DNA of 64,000 nt from an uncultured Actinomycetes bacterium (GCA_963805545.1 CAWDUU010000001.1:331051-395050), one strand, 5' to 3'; positions 1 to 10,626 are shown, numbered from the stretch's first letter. Notes: generated from the sequence alone by a model not told the origin. Made by a program: numbers and translations.

Positions 1-804
1 CGAGTCCTTGCGGTTGTAGTTCGAGAACTCGACGAACCCGATCAGCTCGCCCGTGCCGTCGTGGTTGGCGTCGGCGTCGTGGCCGTAGACCGCCGACAGG
101 TCGGCGGGCTGGAAGCTGGTGGGCTGGGCGTTCTGGACGTCGTCCGCATCGCGTGCACCCGGCCGGGGCGTGCGGCACCAGCCTCGGGGCCGCCCTGCCC
201 GCCGGCGCGTGGGCGTGCGCGGCGATCCGGTAGTGGGGGTGCGACCGGAGCGACTCGTCCAGGCCGGCGACCGACTGCACGACCGACGCGATCCCCCGCG
301 GCAGCCGCACGTTCGCCGACGGCGCCTGGTAGGTCGCCCCGCGCGCGTCCCGGTACATGCGCAGGCCCACGCCGAACGCCCGGTCGGCCGCCGCCGCGGT
401 GCCCGAGACGACGAGCGACATGTCGGACGAGTCGATCACCGAGAGGCCGTTGGCATCCAGGTACGCGCGCACGGCCGCCACCGTGGCGGGCCGGGGCGCG
501 AAGAGCCGGTCCGGATCTCGGCGTTCGACATGCCCGGCCGGCCGCTGGAGCGCATGGCGAGCCAGTGAAGCAGGATCGCGTTTCGCGGCTTGAACGCCAC
601 GACCGCGGTCACCCGCTTCGAGGCGCTCGGCGTGCCGACGACGTGGGCCAGGCCCTTGGCGACGAGCGGGCTCACCGTGCCGCGCAGCTCGACGCGCGGA
701 GGCGCCGCGGCGCGGCTCGTGGAGGCGTTCGCGGTCGGCGCAGCAGCGGCAGCCACGACCGCCGCCGCCAGCACGATCGCCCGAGGAAGGTGCCTGCCGC
801 CCAC
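1..804 (-). CDS. Secreted S53 (sedolisin/kumamolisin) peptidase, 5' part only, with two compensating frameshifts (~510 and ~151)
   Basis: Joined frames give a signal peptide (GTG 804), a pro-domain (VTAVVAFKPRN...LFAPRPATVAAVRAYLDANGL...FGV...VAGLD) and the catalytic-domain start (FQPADLSAVYG...DGTGELIGFVEFSNY). Runs off the window. Confidence 0.75.
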
Positions 805-860
805 TAAGCCACGCACGCTACCGCAGGCCGCGGACGCCGCGCAAGAAATTGGAAGGGCGC

Positions 861-2246
861 CTACCCGAGCGCGCCGGGCGTCACGTAGAACGTGTACCGG
901 GCGGCGTGCGGGTCGGCGTTCCCGCCGTCGTCGTACGCCCGCGCGTAGATGGTGTGGTGGCGGCCCTTCGCGAGGTGGTAGAGCACGAAGGTCGCGCCGA
1001 CCGCCTGCTTCCAGCGGCCGCCGTCGACCCTGTAGCGGTAGCCGATGTCGAACGGGTTCTCCTTGTCGGCGTCCCTGGCCGCCATCTGCACGATGACCGT
1101 GGCGCGCGTCGACGTCTTGGGCGGCACCGACGTGAAGTGCGTGTTGGTCGGCGGGATGCGGTTCGTCGCCCACCACAGCGCGCGGGCGAGGAGCGCGCCG
1201 CCCGGGCTGTCGGCGGGGTCGAAGCCGCCGCCCGAGACGTCCTTCGACCATGGCCGGTAGCCGAGGTCGACGACCCGGCCGGATTTGATCTGGTGCTCGG
1301 CGATCAGGAACTGGCCGCCGTAGGTCTGGAAGAACGGGACGCCGCCGGGCTTGAGCCTCGCCAGCACGTGCCCCTGGGCGTAGTCGCGCAGCTCCACCGC
1401 GCCCGAGCCGGGGCCGACGACGTGGAAGTCGGTGAGCCCCTTGGTCAGGAAGTGGCTCTGCACCGAGCCCGCCGCCAGGTCGCCGCCCGTGACGCGATCG
1501 GCGGTGATGTCCTCGTAGTAGTAGAGGCTCCAGTGGTTCTCCCACGAGTCGGTCTGATGGCCGATCGCGCTCGCCACGTTCCAGCCCGCGCCTCCGGCGA
1601 GCCAGTGCGTCTGCCCGGCCAGGACGACGCCGTGCTTCGCGTTGCAGTACGCGTTCAGCGCCTTCCCGAGGCCCTGCGTGTTCAGCACCGGCAGGTCGGT
1701 CACGACGAGCGCCGACTGGTGGTGCTTGAGCGCGGCGGTGTAGGCCGACTGCGAGAGGCTCTGCGTCGAGGCGTCGATGAAGTCGCCGTTGGTCGGCACC
1801 GCCACGACGTTGGCCCGGTCGATCCGGTGGGCCATGTCGAGCACGGCGTCGGCCGGGATCGCGGTGATGTACTTGACGTGCAGGTTCGCGTGGGCGGGCG
1901 CCTTGAGCGTGCGGAAGGTCTGCGTCCAGAGCTGGTCGCCGCCGCCGAGGCCGTCGTCCACCATGAGCTTCAGCTTGTACTGGACGTTCGAGGCGAGGGT
2001 GGCGTTGCCGTCGACCGTGACGTCGCTCGTGCCGATCCCGCCCGTGGTGATCCCGACGGTCGCGCCGTTCGAGGTCTTGACGAGCTCCGCGCTGTCGATC
2101 GTCTGCCCCGCGCAGCTCACCGCGTAGTGCGGCCGGAAGCGCAGGTTCGAGATGTCGGCGGTGCAACCCGGCGCGGCCAGCGCGGAGCCGGCCGGGAGTC
2201 CGGCGAGGATCGCAAGCGCGAGCAGGGGCACGAGACGGCGAAACAT
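861..2246 (-). CDS. Secreted multidomain hypothetical protein (Ig-like + class I GATase-like + C-terminal Ig-like)
   Basis: 461-aa ORF with signal peptide and strong GC3 bias; GRVVDLGY...LLARALWW and GNADPHAARYTF motifs. Confidence 0.7.
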   Translation of the reverse strand: MFRRLVPLLALAILAGLPAGSALAAPGCTADISNLRFRPHYAVSCAGQTIDSAELVKTSNGATVGITTGGIGTSDVTVDGNATLASNVQYKLKLMVDDGLGGGDQLWTQTFRTLKAPAHANLHVKYITAIPADAVLDMAHRIDRANVVAVPTNGDFIDASTQSLSQSAYTAALKHHQSALVVTDLPVLNTQGLGKALNAYCNAKHGVVLAGQTHWLAGGAGWNVASAIGHQTDSWENHWSLYYYEDITADRVTGGDLAAGSVQSHFLTKGLTDFHVVGPGSGAVELRDYAQGHVLARLKPGGVPFFQTYGGQFLIAEHQIKSGRVVDLGYRPWSKDVSGGGFDPADSPGGALLARALWWATNRIPPTNTHFTSVPPKTSTRATVIVQMAARDADKENPFDIGYRYRVDGGRWKQAVGATFVLYHLAKGRHHTIYARAYDDGGNADPHAARYTFYVTPGALG

Positions 2247-2484
2247 CCTGCATGCTCTATCGGAATTGCGACCCGCGGCCTTTATGACCCAGGAAGGGGC
2301 CGACTAACGCGTCGGTTACCGCAGATGTTGAGGATCTCGTCGGAACGATCGCCGGCTCCGCCGCGTGGATGGTTGCGCCTCAGCCGCCGGCGAACGGCGC
2401 AGTGCCGGTCGCACTGGCACGCGAGGGGAGGTTCGAGGAGCTTGGGGTCGCCACTGGTACGACGAGGAGTTCCGGCTTTCCGCG

Positions 2485-3471
2485 CTACCCCGGAACGGTG
2501 ATGCGCCCGCTCCGGAGCGAGAGCGGGCCGCCCTCGCGCCCCGAGCGGACGGCGAGGATCTCGGCCAGGATCGAGACCGCCGTCTCGGCCGGGGTGACCG
2601 CGCCGATGTCGAGGCCGAGCGGGCCGCGGATGCGCGCGATCTCGTCGTCGGTGTAGCCCGCGTTCAGGAGCCGCTCGCGCCGCGTGGCCTGCGCGCGCCG
2701 GCTGCCGAGGGCGCCGATGTAGGGCGCGTCGGAGCGAAGCGCCGGGCCGAGCGCGGGCTCGTCGAAGCGCGGGTCGTGCGTGAGGACGACCACGTAGGTG
2801 GCGTCGTCGAGGGCGTGGCGGTCGTAGGCCATCGCCGGCCAGCCGACGACCAGCTCGTCGGCGTCGGGCAGCCGCTCGGGCGTGGCGAACTTGGCGCGCG
2901 CGTCCGAGACGATGGTGGTGAAGCCGACCTGCTTGGCCATCCGGCAGAGCGCCTGGCCGGTGTCGACGGCGCCGAAGATCATGACGACGGGCGGCGGGGC
3001 GAAGTGCTCGACGAACGTGGACTCGTCGGCCCGGACGGCGCTCGAATGGCCCTCGCCCTCGCCGTAGCTCTTGGCGCCGGCGCCGTCGCCGTTCAGCCGC
3101 GTGGTGACCGAGAGCCGCTCGCCGCGCTCGTCGGCGGCGGCGACGCGATCCATCTCGTCGGGGTCGAGCATCTGGACGAAGACCTCGATCTCGCCGCCGC
3201 ACGGCAGTCCCACGTCGAAGGCGTCGTCGTCGGAGATCCCGTACTGGAGCAGCCGCGGCGGGCCGCCCGCCAGCACCTCCTCGGCGCGCAGGTAGACGTC
3301 CGACTCGACGCAGCCGCCGGAGACCGACCCCGCCATCTCGCCGGAGGACGAGACCGCCAGCCGCGAGCCCAGCGGGCGGGGTGCGGAGCGGCGCGTGTCG
3401 ACGACCGTCGCGATGGCGACCCTGTCGCCGCGCGCGACCATCCGGCGCACGTCCTCGATCACGTCTCGCAT
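2485..3471 (-). CDS. xdhC: XdhC/CoxI family molybdoenzyme accessory protein
   Basis: ATVVDTRRSAPRPLGS, GSVSGGCVE, GLPCGG, YIGALGSRR, GPLGLDIGA..PAETAVSILAEI motifs. Confidence 0.93.
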   Translation of the reverse strand: MRDVIEDVRRMVARGDRVAIATVVDTRRSAPRPLGSRLAVSSSGEMAGSVSGGCVESDVYLRAEEVLAGGPPRLLQYGISDDDAFDVGLPCGGEIEVFVQMLDPDEMDRVAAADERGERLSVTTRLNGDGAGAKSYGEGEGHSSAVRADESTFVEHFAPPPVVMIFGAVDTGQALCRMAKQVGFTTIVSDARAKFATPERLPDADELVVGWPAMAYDRHALDDATYVVVLTHDPRFDEPALGPALRSDAPYIGALGSRRAQATRRERLLNAGYTDDEIARIRGPLGLDIGAVTPAETAVSILAEILAVRSGREGGPLSLRSGRITVPG

Positions 3472-3515
3472 GCGAGAAACGTAGCATCGGGCCGGTGAAC
3501 GAGCGGGGTTCTCAT

Positions 3516-3545
3516 TTGCCCGCCTCGGCGCGCCGCAAGTACAGT
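3516..3545 (+). promoter_or_regulatory. Putative sigma70-type promoter of the rplM operon
   Basis: TTGCCC-18 nt-TACAGT, 11 nt before the rplM ATG. Confidence 0.55.
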
Positions 3546-3556
3546 TCCGGGCGCCG

Positions 3557-3991
3557 ATGAGGACGTACTCCGCAAAGCCGCGCGAGATCGAGCGCGCCTG
3601 GTACGTGGTCGATGCCGAGGCCCAGACGCTGGGGCGGCTCGCCACGCAGATCGCGGGCGTCCTGCGCGGCAAGGGCAAGCCGGCCTACACGCCGCACGTC
3701 GACACGGGCGACTTCGTGGTCGTCGTGAACGCCGAGAAGGTGCGCGTGACCGGCAACAAGCTCGACCAGAAGATCTACTACCGCCACTCCGGCTACCCCG
3801 GCGGGCTGCGCGAGCGGACGCTCCGCGAGCAGCTCGACCGGCGCCCGGAGGAGGTGCTCCGGAAGGCGGTCAAGGGGATGCTCCCCAAGAACAAGCTCGC
3901 GTCAGCCCAGCTTCGGAAGCTCAAGATCTATGCCGGGCCCGACCACCCGCACGCGGCCCAGAGCCCCGTCCCGATGGAGGTGGCGTCCTGA
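3557..3991 (+). CDS. rplM: 50S ribosomal protein L13
   Basis: WYVVDA...LGRLAT...[17 protein letters not shown]...[10 protein letters not shown]. Confidence 0.99.
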   Translation: MRTYSAKPREIERAWYVVDAEAQTLGRLATQIAGVLRGKGKPAYTPHVDTGDFVVVVNAEKVRVTGNKLDQKIYYRHSGYPGGLRERTLREQLDRRPEEVLRKAVKGMLPKNKLASAQLRKLKIYAGPDHPHAAQSPVPMEVAS

Positions 3992-4386
3992 TGGCCGACG
4001 CCGTCGCCTACCGCGGCACGGGCAAGCGAAAGACGTCGGTCGCGCGCGTCGTCCTCGTGCCCGGCGCCGGCGCCGTCACCGTGAACGGGCGGCCGGTCGA
4101 GGAGTACTTCCCGCGCCGCACGCTGCGGGCGCTCGCCGTCTCGCCGCTCGCGCTGACCGGCACCGACGCGACCTACGACGTCCGCGCCCGCATCGACGGC
4201 GGCGGCATCACCGGCCAGGCCGGCGCCCTCCGCCACGGGATCTCGAAGGCGCTCATCGAGGCCGACGCCAACCTGCGCGGCGACCTGAAGCGGCAGGGGT
4301 ACCTGACCCGCGACGCCCGCCAGGTCGAGCGCAAGAAGGCCGGCCTCAAGAAGGCGCGCAAGCGGCCGCAGTTCTCCAAGCGCTAG
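3991..4386 (+). CDS. rpsI: 30S ribosomal protein S9
   Basis: GTGKRK...[19 protein letters not shown]...[19 protein letters not shown]. Confidence 0.99.
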   Translation: MADAVAYRGTGKRKTSVARVVLVPGAGAVTVNGRPVEEYFPRRTLRALAVSPLALTGTDATYDVRARIDGGGITGQAGALRHGISKALIEADANLRGDLKRQGYLTRDARQVERKKAGLKKARKRPQFSKR

Positions 4387-4396
4387 CCTCACAACC

Positions 4397-5704
4397 TTGA
4401 CAGCGCTCCGCAAGCTGTTCGGCACCGACGGCGTGCGCGGCGTCGCCGGCGTCGACCTGACCGAGGACCTGGCCCGCGACCTCGGCGCCGCCGCGGCGGC
4501 GTCGGCCGGGCCGGGCGCGCGGGTCGTGATCGGACGCGACACCCGCGAGTCGGGGCCGATGCTCGAGGAGGCGCTCGTCGAGGGCGTGGCCTCGGCCGGC
4601 GGCCGGGCGCTTCGGGCCGGGGTGATCCCGACCCCTGCGGTCGCCGTCCTCACCCGGCTCCAGGGCGCCGAGCGGGGCTGCGTCATCTCGGCGTCGCACA
4701 ACCCCTACGAGGACAACGGCATCAAGTTCCTCGGGCCCGACGGGCGCAAGCTCGCCGACGCGGCGGAGGCCGAGATCGAGGCGGCGCTGGGCTCGCCGTC
4801 GCCGGCGTCCGGCGGAAGCGACCGCGAGCTTCCCGACGCCGCCGCCTCCTACCTCAACTGGCTCTCGCAGACCTACGCGGCCGAGACGCCCGACGTGGCG
4901 GTCGTGCTCGACTGCGCGAACGGCGCCGCGCACGCCGTCGCCCCGGCGATCTTCGCGGCCACCGGCACGGTCGTCCGCACGATCGGCGCCGAGCCCGACG
5001 GACGGAACATCAACGCCGGGGTCGGCTCGACCCACCTGGAGGCGGTCGCCGGCGCGATACGCGGCTCGGGCGCCGTGGCCGGGTTCGCGTTCGACGGCGA
5101 CGCCGACCGCTGCCTGGCCGTCGACCTCGACGGCCGGCCCGTGAACGGCGACGGCATCATCGCCGCGATCGCGCTCGCCCAGGGAGTCGACCGGGTGGTC
5201 GTGACCTCGATGACGAACCTCGGCTTCCACCGGGTCATGCGAGAGCACGGGATCGAGGTGGACGTGACCGACGTCGGCGACCGCTACGTGCTCGAGCGGA
5301 TGCTTGAGACCGGCGCCACCCTCGGCGGCGAGCAGTCCGGCCACGTGATCGACCTCGCCCGTCACACCACCGGCGACGGGATCGCGACCGCGCTCATGCT
5401 GCTCGCCGCGCTCGACCGGCTCGGCATGACGATGGCCGGCGCCGCCGACCTCGTGCGGCCCTTCCCGCAGAAGCTGGTCGCCGTCCCGGCCGACCGCTCG
5501 GCGCTGGACGGCGCCGACCGGATCTGGCAGGAGGTGCGGGCCGCCGAGGCGAAGCTGGGGGAGGACGGGCGCGTGGTGCTGCGGGCGTCGGGTACCGAGC
5601 CGGTCGTGCGGGTGATGGTCGAGGCGGCCGATGCGACCGAATGCGAACGGCTGTGCGACCATCTTGCCGACGTCGTTGCCGCCGAAATCGGAGGAACAGC
5701 CTGA
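4397..5704 (+). CDS. glmM: Phosphoglucosamine mutase
   Basis: KLFGTDGVRG, ISASHNP, FDGDADR, GGEQSGH, RASGTEP. Confidence 0.97.
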   Translation: MTALRKLFGTDGVRGVAGVDLTEDLARDLGAAAAASAGPGARVVIGRDTRESGPMLEEALVEGVASAGGRALRAGVIPTPAVAVLTRLQGAERGCVISASHNPYEDNGIKFLGPDGRKLADAAEAEIEAALGSPSPASGGSDRELPDAAASYLNWLSQTYAAETPDVAVVLDCANGAAHAVAPAIFAATGTVVRTIGAEPDGRNINAGVGSTHLEAVAGAIRGSGAVAGFAFDGDADRCLAVDLDGRPVNGDGIIAAIALAQGVDRVVVTSMTNLGFHRVMREHGIEVDVTDVGDRYVLERMLETGATLGGEQSGHVIDLARHTTGDGIATALMLLAALDRLGMTMAGAADLVRPFPQKLVAVPADRSALDGADRIWQEVRAAEAKLGEDGRVVLRASGTEPVVRVMVEAADATECERLCDHLADVVAAEIGGTA

Positions 5705-7527
5705 TGTGCGGGATCGTCGGATACGTGGGGGCGAGGCCCTGCAAGGAGCTCCTCCTCCACGGCCTCGAACGGCTGGAGTACCGCGGCTACGACTCGGCCG
5801 GGATCTGCCTCATGAACGGGCAGGTCGACATCGTCCGCCGGGTCGGCAAGGTGGCGGCGCTGCGCGAGGCGGTGGGCGCGTCGGCGCACCCGGCCACGAT
5901 GGGCCTCGCGCACACGCGCTGGGCGACCCACGGCGGCGTGATCGAGTCGAACGCGCACCCGATCGAGGCCTGCGAGGGCTCGGGCGTCACCGTCGTCCAC
6001 AACGGCATCATCGAGAACTACGCGACCCTGCGGCGGGAGCTGTCCGCGGCCGGCCACGAGTACCACTCCGACACCGACTCCGAGGTGATCGCCCACCTGA
6101 TCGAGGAGTGCTACTCGGGCGACCTCGTCGCGGCGGTGCGGGCCGCCTACGCCCGCCTCGACGGCCACTTCGCCTTCGCAGCCGCCCACCGCGACAGCCC
6201 GGGCGTGCTGGTCGCCGCGCGGCGCGGCTGCCCGCTCGTGGTCGGCGTGGGCGACGGCGAGATGTTCATGGCGTCGGCGATCCCCGCCTTCCTCAGCTCG
6301 ACCCGCAGGGTGCAGTACGTCCACGACGACGAGATCGTGGTCGCCCGGCCCGGGGGCGCGACCTTCCTCTCGGGCGACGGCGCCGTGATCGAGCGCGGGG
6401 TGGACGAGGTCGACTGGGACGAGGAGGCGGCCGAGAAGCAGGGCTACGAGACGTTCATGCTGAAGGAGATCGAGGAGCAGCCCGACGCGATCGCCGAGAC
6501 GATCGGCGAGCGGCTCTACCACGGCGAGCTCCAGCTCGACGGGCTCGAGCTCACAGAGCAGCAGATCCGCGACCTCTCGCGGGTCGTCTTCCTGGCCTGC
6601 GGCACCTCCTACCACGCCGGCCTGATCGGCCGCTACCTGCTCGAGGAGTGGGCCCGGATCCCGGCGGAGTCGGACATCGCCAGCGAGTGGCGCTACCGGC
6701 ACGCGGTCATCGACGAGCGGACGCTCGTCATCGCCGTCGCCCAGTCGGGCGAGACGATCGACACGCTCGCGGCGATGAAGGAGGCCCGGGCCCGCGGCGC
6801 GCACGTCCTCGCGGTCACGAACGTGATGGGTTCGCAGATGACACGCGAGTGCGACTCGGTGCTCTACACGCGCGCGGGGCTCGAGATCGGCGTGGCGGCG
6901 ACCAAGACGTTCACGGCCCAGGTCACGCTCATGTACCTGCTCGCGCTCAGGCTCGGGCTGATCCGCGGCACGATCGACGCCACCCGGGCCGACGTCCTGC
7001 TCCAGCAGGTGCGCGACCTGCCCGACCTGGCCCGGCGGACGCTCGACCGCCGCGACCTGGTCGAGCCGATCGCCGAGCGCTACCACCGGAACGAGTTCTT
7101 CCTGTACCTCGGCCGCAATATGGGTCTCCCGATCGCGCTCGAGGGCGCGCTCAAGCTGAAGGAGATCTCCTACATCGCAACCGACGCCTACGCGGCCGGC
7201 GAGATGAAGCACGGCCCGATCGCGCTCCTCGACGAGGCCACCCCGGTCGTCGTCATCGCCACCGACTCGCACGTCTACGAGAAGGTCGTCTCGAACATCC
7301 AGGAGGTGCGCGCCCGCGGCGCCCACGTGATCGCCGTCGCCACCGAGGGCAACGAGGCGATCAAGGAGCTGGCCGAGCACGTCATCCACCTGCCCCGGAC
7401 GGAGCCGGAGCTCCAGGCGGCCCTGGCCGTCCTCCCGCTCCAGCAGCTGGCCTACGCGATCGCCACGCGGCGCGGCCTCGACGTCGACAAGCCGCGCAAC
7501 CTCGCGAAGACGGTCACGGTGGAGTAG
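5704..7527 (+). CDS. glmS: Glutamine-fructose-6-phosphate aminotransferase
   Basis: MCGIVG start, LEYRGYDSAG, HTRWATHG, C-terminal DKPRNLAKTVTVE. Confidence 0.99.
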   Translation: MCGIVGYVGARPCKELLLHGLERLEYRGYDSAGICLMNGQVDIVRRVGKVAALREAVGASAHPATMGLAHTRWATHGGVIESNAHPIEACEGSGVTVVHNGIIENYATLRRELSAAGHEYHSDTDSEVIAHLIEECYSGDLVAAVRAAYARLDGHFAFAAAHRDSPGVLVAARRGCPLVVGVGDGEMFMASAIPAFLSSTRRVQYVHDDEIVVARPGGATFLSGDGAVIERGVDEVDWDEEAAEKQGYETFMLKEIEEQPDAIAETIGERLYHGELQLDGLELTEQQIRDLSRVVFLACGTSYHAGLIGRYLLEEWARIPAESDIASEWRYRHAVIDERTLVIAVAQSGETIDTLAAMKEARARGAHVLAVTNVMGSQMTRECDSVLYTRAGLEIGVAATKTFTAQVTLMYLLALRLGLIRGTIDATRADVLLQQVRDLPDLARRTLDRRDLVEPIAERYHRNEFFLYLGRNMGLPIALEGALKLKEISYIATDAYAAGEMKHGPIALLDEATPVVVIATDSHVYEKVVSNIQEVRARGAHVIAVATEGNEAIKELAEHVIHLPRTEPELQAALAVLPLQQLAYAIATRRGLDVDKPRNLAKTVTVE

Positions 7528-7544
7528 CGATCCGCGGAGGTGGT

Positions 7545-9632
7545 GTGAGCGCGCTCGAGACGCCGATCGAGGTGGAGCTCGTCCTTCAACTCGGCATCGA
7601 GTACGACGTCGAGATACTTGCGGACGGGTTCACGCTCAGTGGGTGGGGTGAAGGGGGCGGCAATCTTCGCGGCTGGCCGCTCAGCGACGTCGGCGCGCTC
7701 ACCACGACGGACGGGAACGTCGTCCGCCTCCTCGGCAGCAGCGGGTGCATCTCTGGGGTCGTTGAACGACCGCCGGCCGATCGGGCCGAGTCGGTAACCG
7801 GCGACGTGGCGGTGCGGCTGCGATGGCCATGCGCTGCGACCGCGCGCGTCGATCGGCATCAGGGACGGGTTCGATATGGGGTGGACATCGGGCTGGACGC
7901 CGACCCAGTCCGGTGGCTCCGTCTTGGCGACGCGGACGCGTGGGTCGGCGTCTCGGTGGACGGCCACCTGTGCGCTGTCATCGTCGAAGGCCGGCTTCCG
8001 GAGCGTGTTCGCGTCCCGCTTCACCTGCGGGCCGGCGGCTGGTCGGCAGCGCTGTACGCGGGCTCGTCGTTTTCCGCGAGCGAACCCGACGACGACGATA
8101 TCGAGGACGACGACGGCGGAGAGGTGCTCGACCACGAGGAGGATGTTTCCGAGCCGCACACCGTGCACCGCTCCGACCAGGGCAACGCGTCCCTGTCGGT
8201 CGCCGGTGGTGAGTCCCCCTGGCTCTCCGTCCACGACTGTCGGCCGGGGGATCCGGTCGCGCCTGACCCCGCCGCGCGCCGTGTTGACGCGGTTGACGGT
8301 TGGCAGACATGGCCGGCGGACGTGCGGGCGAGGTCGTGGGTGGACGACGGCCGAACCTGGGTCGTCGTCCGGTTCGGGGATTCGGCCGTCGACGAGACCG
8401 TGCGACTCGGTGCCGACACGTGGGTGGGGTCGTCGATGGCAGGGGAGATCGGCGTGATCATCTTCGGCGCAGTACGGGACGTCCCGGCCGACGACTCGGA
8501 CCTGGACGACTTCGACGACGACCCGACCGCGATGCGGCATCTCGACACGCTGCTCGGTCCGGTGGAGGCACTGGGCTTCGACGTCTACGGCATCGCCGGT
8601 GAGCTCGGTGCACCGAGCGGGCTCGGGACGACCGACGGCAGGCCGGAATCGCTCCCGATCGTCTATGGAACGGTTGAGGAGCGTCGGTGGGCCACCGTCA
8701 CGTCGGCCAGGCGCGGATCGTCGAACGCCCGTCGTGAGGTTGCGGCGGCGCTCGTACCTCCGCCCGACATCCGGCCCGGCGCGTCGCCCGAAGAGCTGCA
8801 CGCACTTGCTGTGGGTGAGCACGCCCGGCACCGGCAGGTGCTCGACGAGATCCTCGGTCGGGAGTGGCAGCCGGCCACGGTCACGGTCGCCGGCGAGCCT
8901 CACGTGTTCGAAGCCGTGCGCCATGGCGAGGGGTGGGGCGGTCTTGCCCGTATCGGTGGCACGACCGTGACCGTCGTTGCCCAGGGCCGGGAGGCAGCGG
9001 AGCTCCGTCTGGAGCGGATCGCCGACCTGGCACCGTACGTCGACTACGCGCGTCGCCGACTGCGAGAGGAGATGGAGCGGCGGATGCCACCCGAGGCGCG
9101 CCGCCTGTTCGCCGAGCGACTGGCGATGCCGCAGGCGGAGAAGGAGCGGCGGTCGGCGGTCCGCCGGGTCGTCGCAAGGCTGATGGGAGCTCTCCAGCGC
9201 GACGCCGGCCCACGACGGCTCGGGTCGCTCTTCACATCGCGGGTCGTCGATTCCTGGGGCGGCCGCGATCGCTACGAGGAGCTGCTCGGCCTGCATACGG
9301 AGCTTCGGCCGGTCGGCGGCTATTCGACGCGTGGAGACGACCCGGCGTTCGCTGACGACGGGTCGGCGCGGTTCCGCGTGGATCTCTCACATCCGCTTCC
9401 GAGCTCGGAGGACGCGGTCGCGTTCATGGTTTTCCAAAGCGTGGACGCGGGCGGTGACGAGCCGGAGCCCGAGCCCGATCGGGACGCCATCCGGCGCGGC
9501 GAGTCGCACACGATCACGCTCACGCTGGTGGCTGAGGGGGAAGAGTGGCGGATCGACACCGATCTGCTCGCCGTGCTGATCGACCGCCTCGGCACCTTCG
9601 AAGAGGTCGCCCGGCCGATGCCGCGGGCGTGA
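7545..9632 (+). CDS. Large acidic multidomain hypothetical protein with an internal duplicated domain
   Basis: GGAGG RBS + GTG 17 nt after the glmS stop; 695-aa ORF; no recognised enzyme motif. Confidence 0.7.
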   Translation: MSALETPIEVELVLQLGIEYDVEILADGFTLSGWGEGGGNLRGWPLSDVGALTTTDGNVVRLLGSSGCISGVVERPPADRAESVTGDVAVRLRWPCAATARVDRHQGRVRYGVDIGLDADPVRWLRLGDADAWVGVSVDGHLCAVIVEGRLPERVRVPLHLRAGGWSAALYAGSSFSASEPDDDDIEDDDGGEVLDHEEDVSEPHTVHRSDQGNASLSVAGGESPWLSVHDCRPGDPVAPDPAARRVDAVDGWQTWPADVRARSWVDDGRTWVVVRFGDSAVDETVRLGADTWVGSSMAGEIGVIIFGAVRDVPADDSDLDDFDDDPTAMRHLDTLLGPVEALGFDVYGIAGELGAPSGLGTTDGRPESLPIVYGTVEERRWATVTSARRGSSNARREVAAALVPPPDIRPGASPEELHALAVGEHARHRQVLDEILGREWQPATVTVAGEPHVFEAVRHGEGWGGLARIGGTTVTVVAQGREAAELRLERIADLAPYVDYARRRLREEMERRMPPEARRLFAERLAMPQAEKERRSAVRRVVARLMGALQRDAGPRRLGSLFTSRVVDSWGGRDRYEELLGLHTELRPVGGYSTRGDDPAFADDGSARFRVDLSHPLPSSEDAVAFMVFQSVDAGGDEPEPEPDRDAIRRGESHTITLTLVAEGEEWRIDTDLLAVLIDRLGTFEEVARPMPRA

Positions 9633-9647
9633 GCATCAGCCAGCCGT

Positions 9648-10124
9648 TCAGCCCGAGGTGCGCAGGCACCGATCCGGCGCGATGCCCTTGGAGTACGGGT
9701 GCTGGTTCGCGTAGTGCATGACGGGCGTCGAGCATGGGAACGTCGAGAGGATCCAGTAGTCGCGCATCAGGTCGTCGGAAGCCCCGCACCATGAGACGCT
9801 CGTGAGGTCGAGTCGCACGTGGCGGCCGTCAAACGTCCCCGTCATGTGCGCTTTGGGGAGGCCCGCTCCGAGGCTGCTGCAGAATCGGCCGGGATCGTGC
9901 CGGTGCTTCAGGTAGTCGGCGAGTGCGCCGCAGGCCGCCTCACGGTCGGGCATGGTCCCGCCGGCCGGGCCGCACGTCAGCGTGTACGCGTGTGTGGCGT
10001 CGGACACCCCCACGGTTCCGTACGTGACGACGACGCGCAATTTGCCGCTCGGCTGAGCTGCTGACCCCAGGCAGCCGGACGCCGCGGCGGCGGTCAACGC
10101 AAGCATGAGCAGCGTCCGGCGCAT
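9648..10124 (-). CDS. SSI-family (subtilisin inhibitor-like) lipoprotein
   Basis: Lipobox ASGC; YTLTCGPAGGTMPDREAAC..L and later Cys pattern typical of SSI. Confidence 0.7.
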   Translation of the reverse strand: MRRTLLMLALTAAAASGCLGSAAQPSGKLRVVVTYGTVGVSDATHAYTLTCGPAGGTMPDREAACGALADYLKHRHDPGRFCSSLGAGLPKAHMTGTFDGRHVRLDLTSVSWCGASDDLMRDYWILSTFPCSTPVMHYANQHPYSKGIAPDRCLRTSG

Positions 10125-10184
10125 CCTGGCGAATGGTACGAGGCACCTCGGGAACCGGATAGATCCCGCGAGCGTCTGACGGGT

Positions 10185-10568
10185 ATGCAACGAGCCCTCC
10201 CGATCCTCCTCCTCACCGCTGCCCTCGCCGCGACGGGCTGCGCCGCCACCCACACGGGCGTCCACGTCGGCGCCTCGGCGTCGTGCGCCTATCTCGTGCG
10301 CTTCCACGGCGCGATCTACCTCGGAACGTCGGTGAAGGTCTCGCCGGTGCCGGGGCGGACGCTCGGCAAGGCGGTCATGCCGCCGTGCGACGACACCGGC
10401 GGACAGCTCCCTGCGGAAGGCGGCGGGCCGATCCGGGTCGCCGAGCTCCCGGGCGTGTCTCCGTCGGTCGCAGTCGTCCCGGTCGGGCAGAAGAACCTCG
10501 TGCTCGTCCGCAAGGGCCATGGCCGGCTGCCGCCCGAGCTGAGACGGCTTGTGCGCGCGCAGCCTTGA
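10185..10568 (+). CDS. Lipoprotein, DUF6281-like
   Basis: Lipobox ATGC; ASCAYLVRFHGAIY...PPCDDTGG. Confidence 0.6.
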   Translation: MQRALPILLLTAALAATGCAATHTGVHVGASASCAYLVRFHGAIYLGTSVKVSPVPGRTLGKAVMPPCDDTGGQLPAEGGGPIRVAELPGVSPSVAVVPVGQKNLVLVRKGHGRLPPELRRLVRAQP

Positions 10569-10626
10569 GTAGGGCGGGGCCAGACGCCGCCACGGCCTCC
10601 GCCGGGCCGTGGCTAGACTGATCGTC

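Noticed and set aside
2247-2484. Moco riboswitch or ncRNA near xdhC
   Set aside because: Downstream of xdhC, with no recognisable conserved motif.
5690-5704. glmS ribozyme
   Set aside because: The glmS start overlaps the glmM stop, leaving no leader.
7500-7600. Tn7 element at attTn7
   Set aside because: No tnsABCD genes or recognisable Tn7 ends.
5631-9632. 1333-aa ORF as one protein
   Set aside because: The first ~638 codons are an off-frame overlap with glmS; the real start is GTG 7545 with an RBS.
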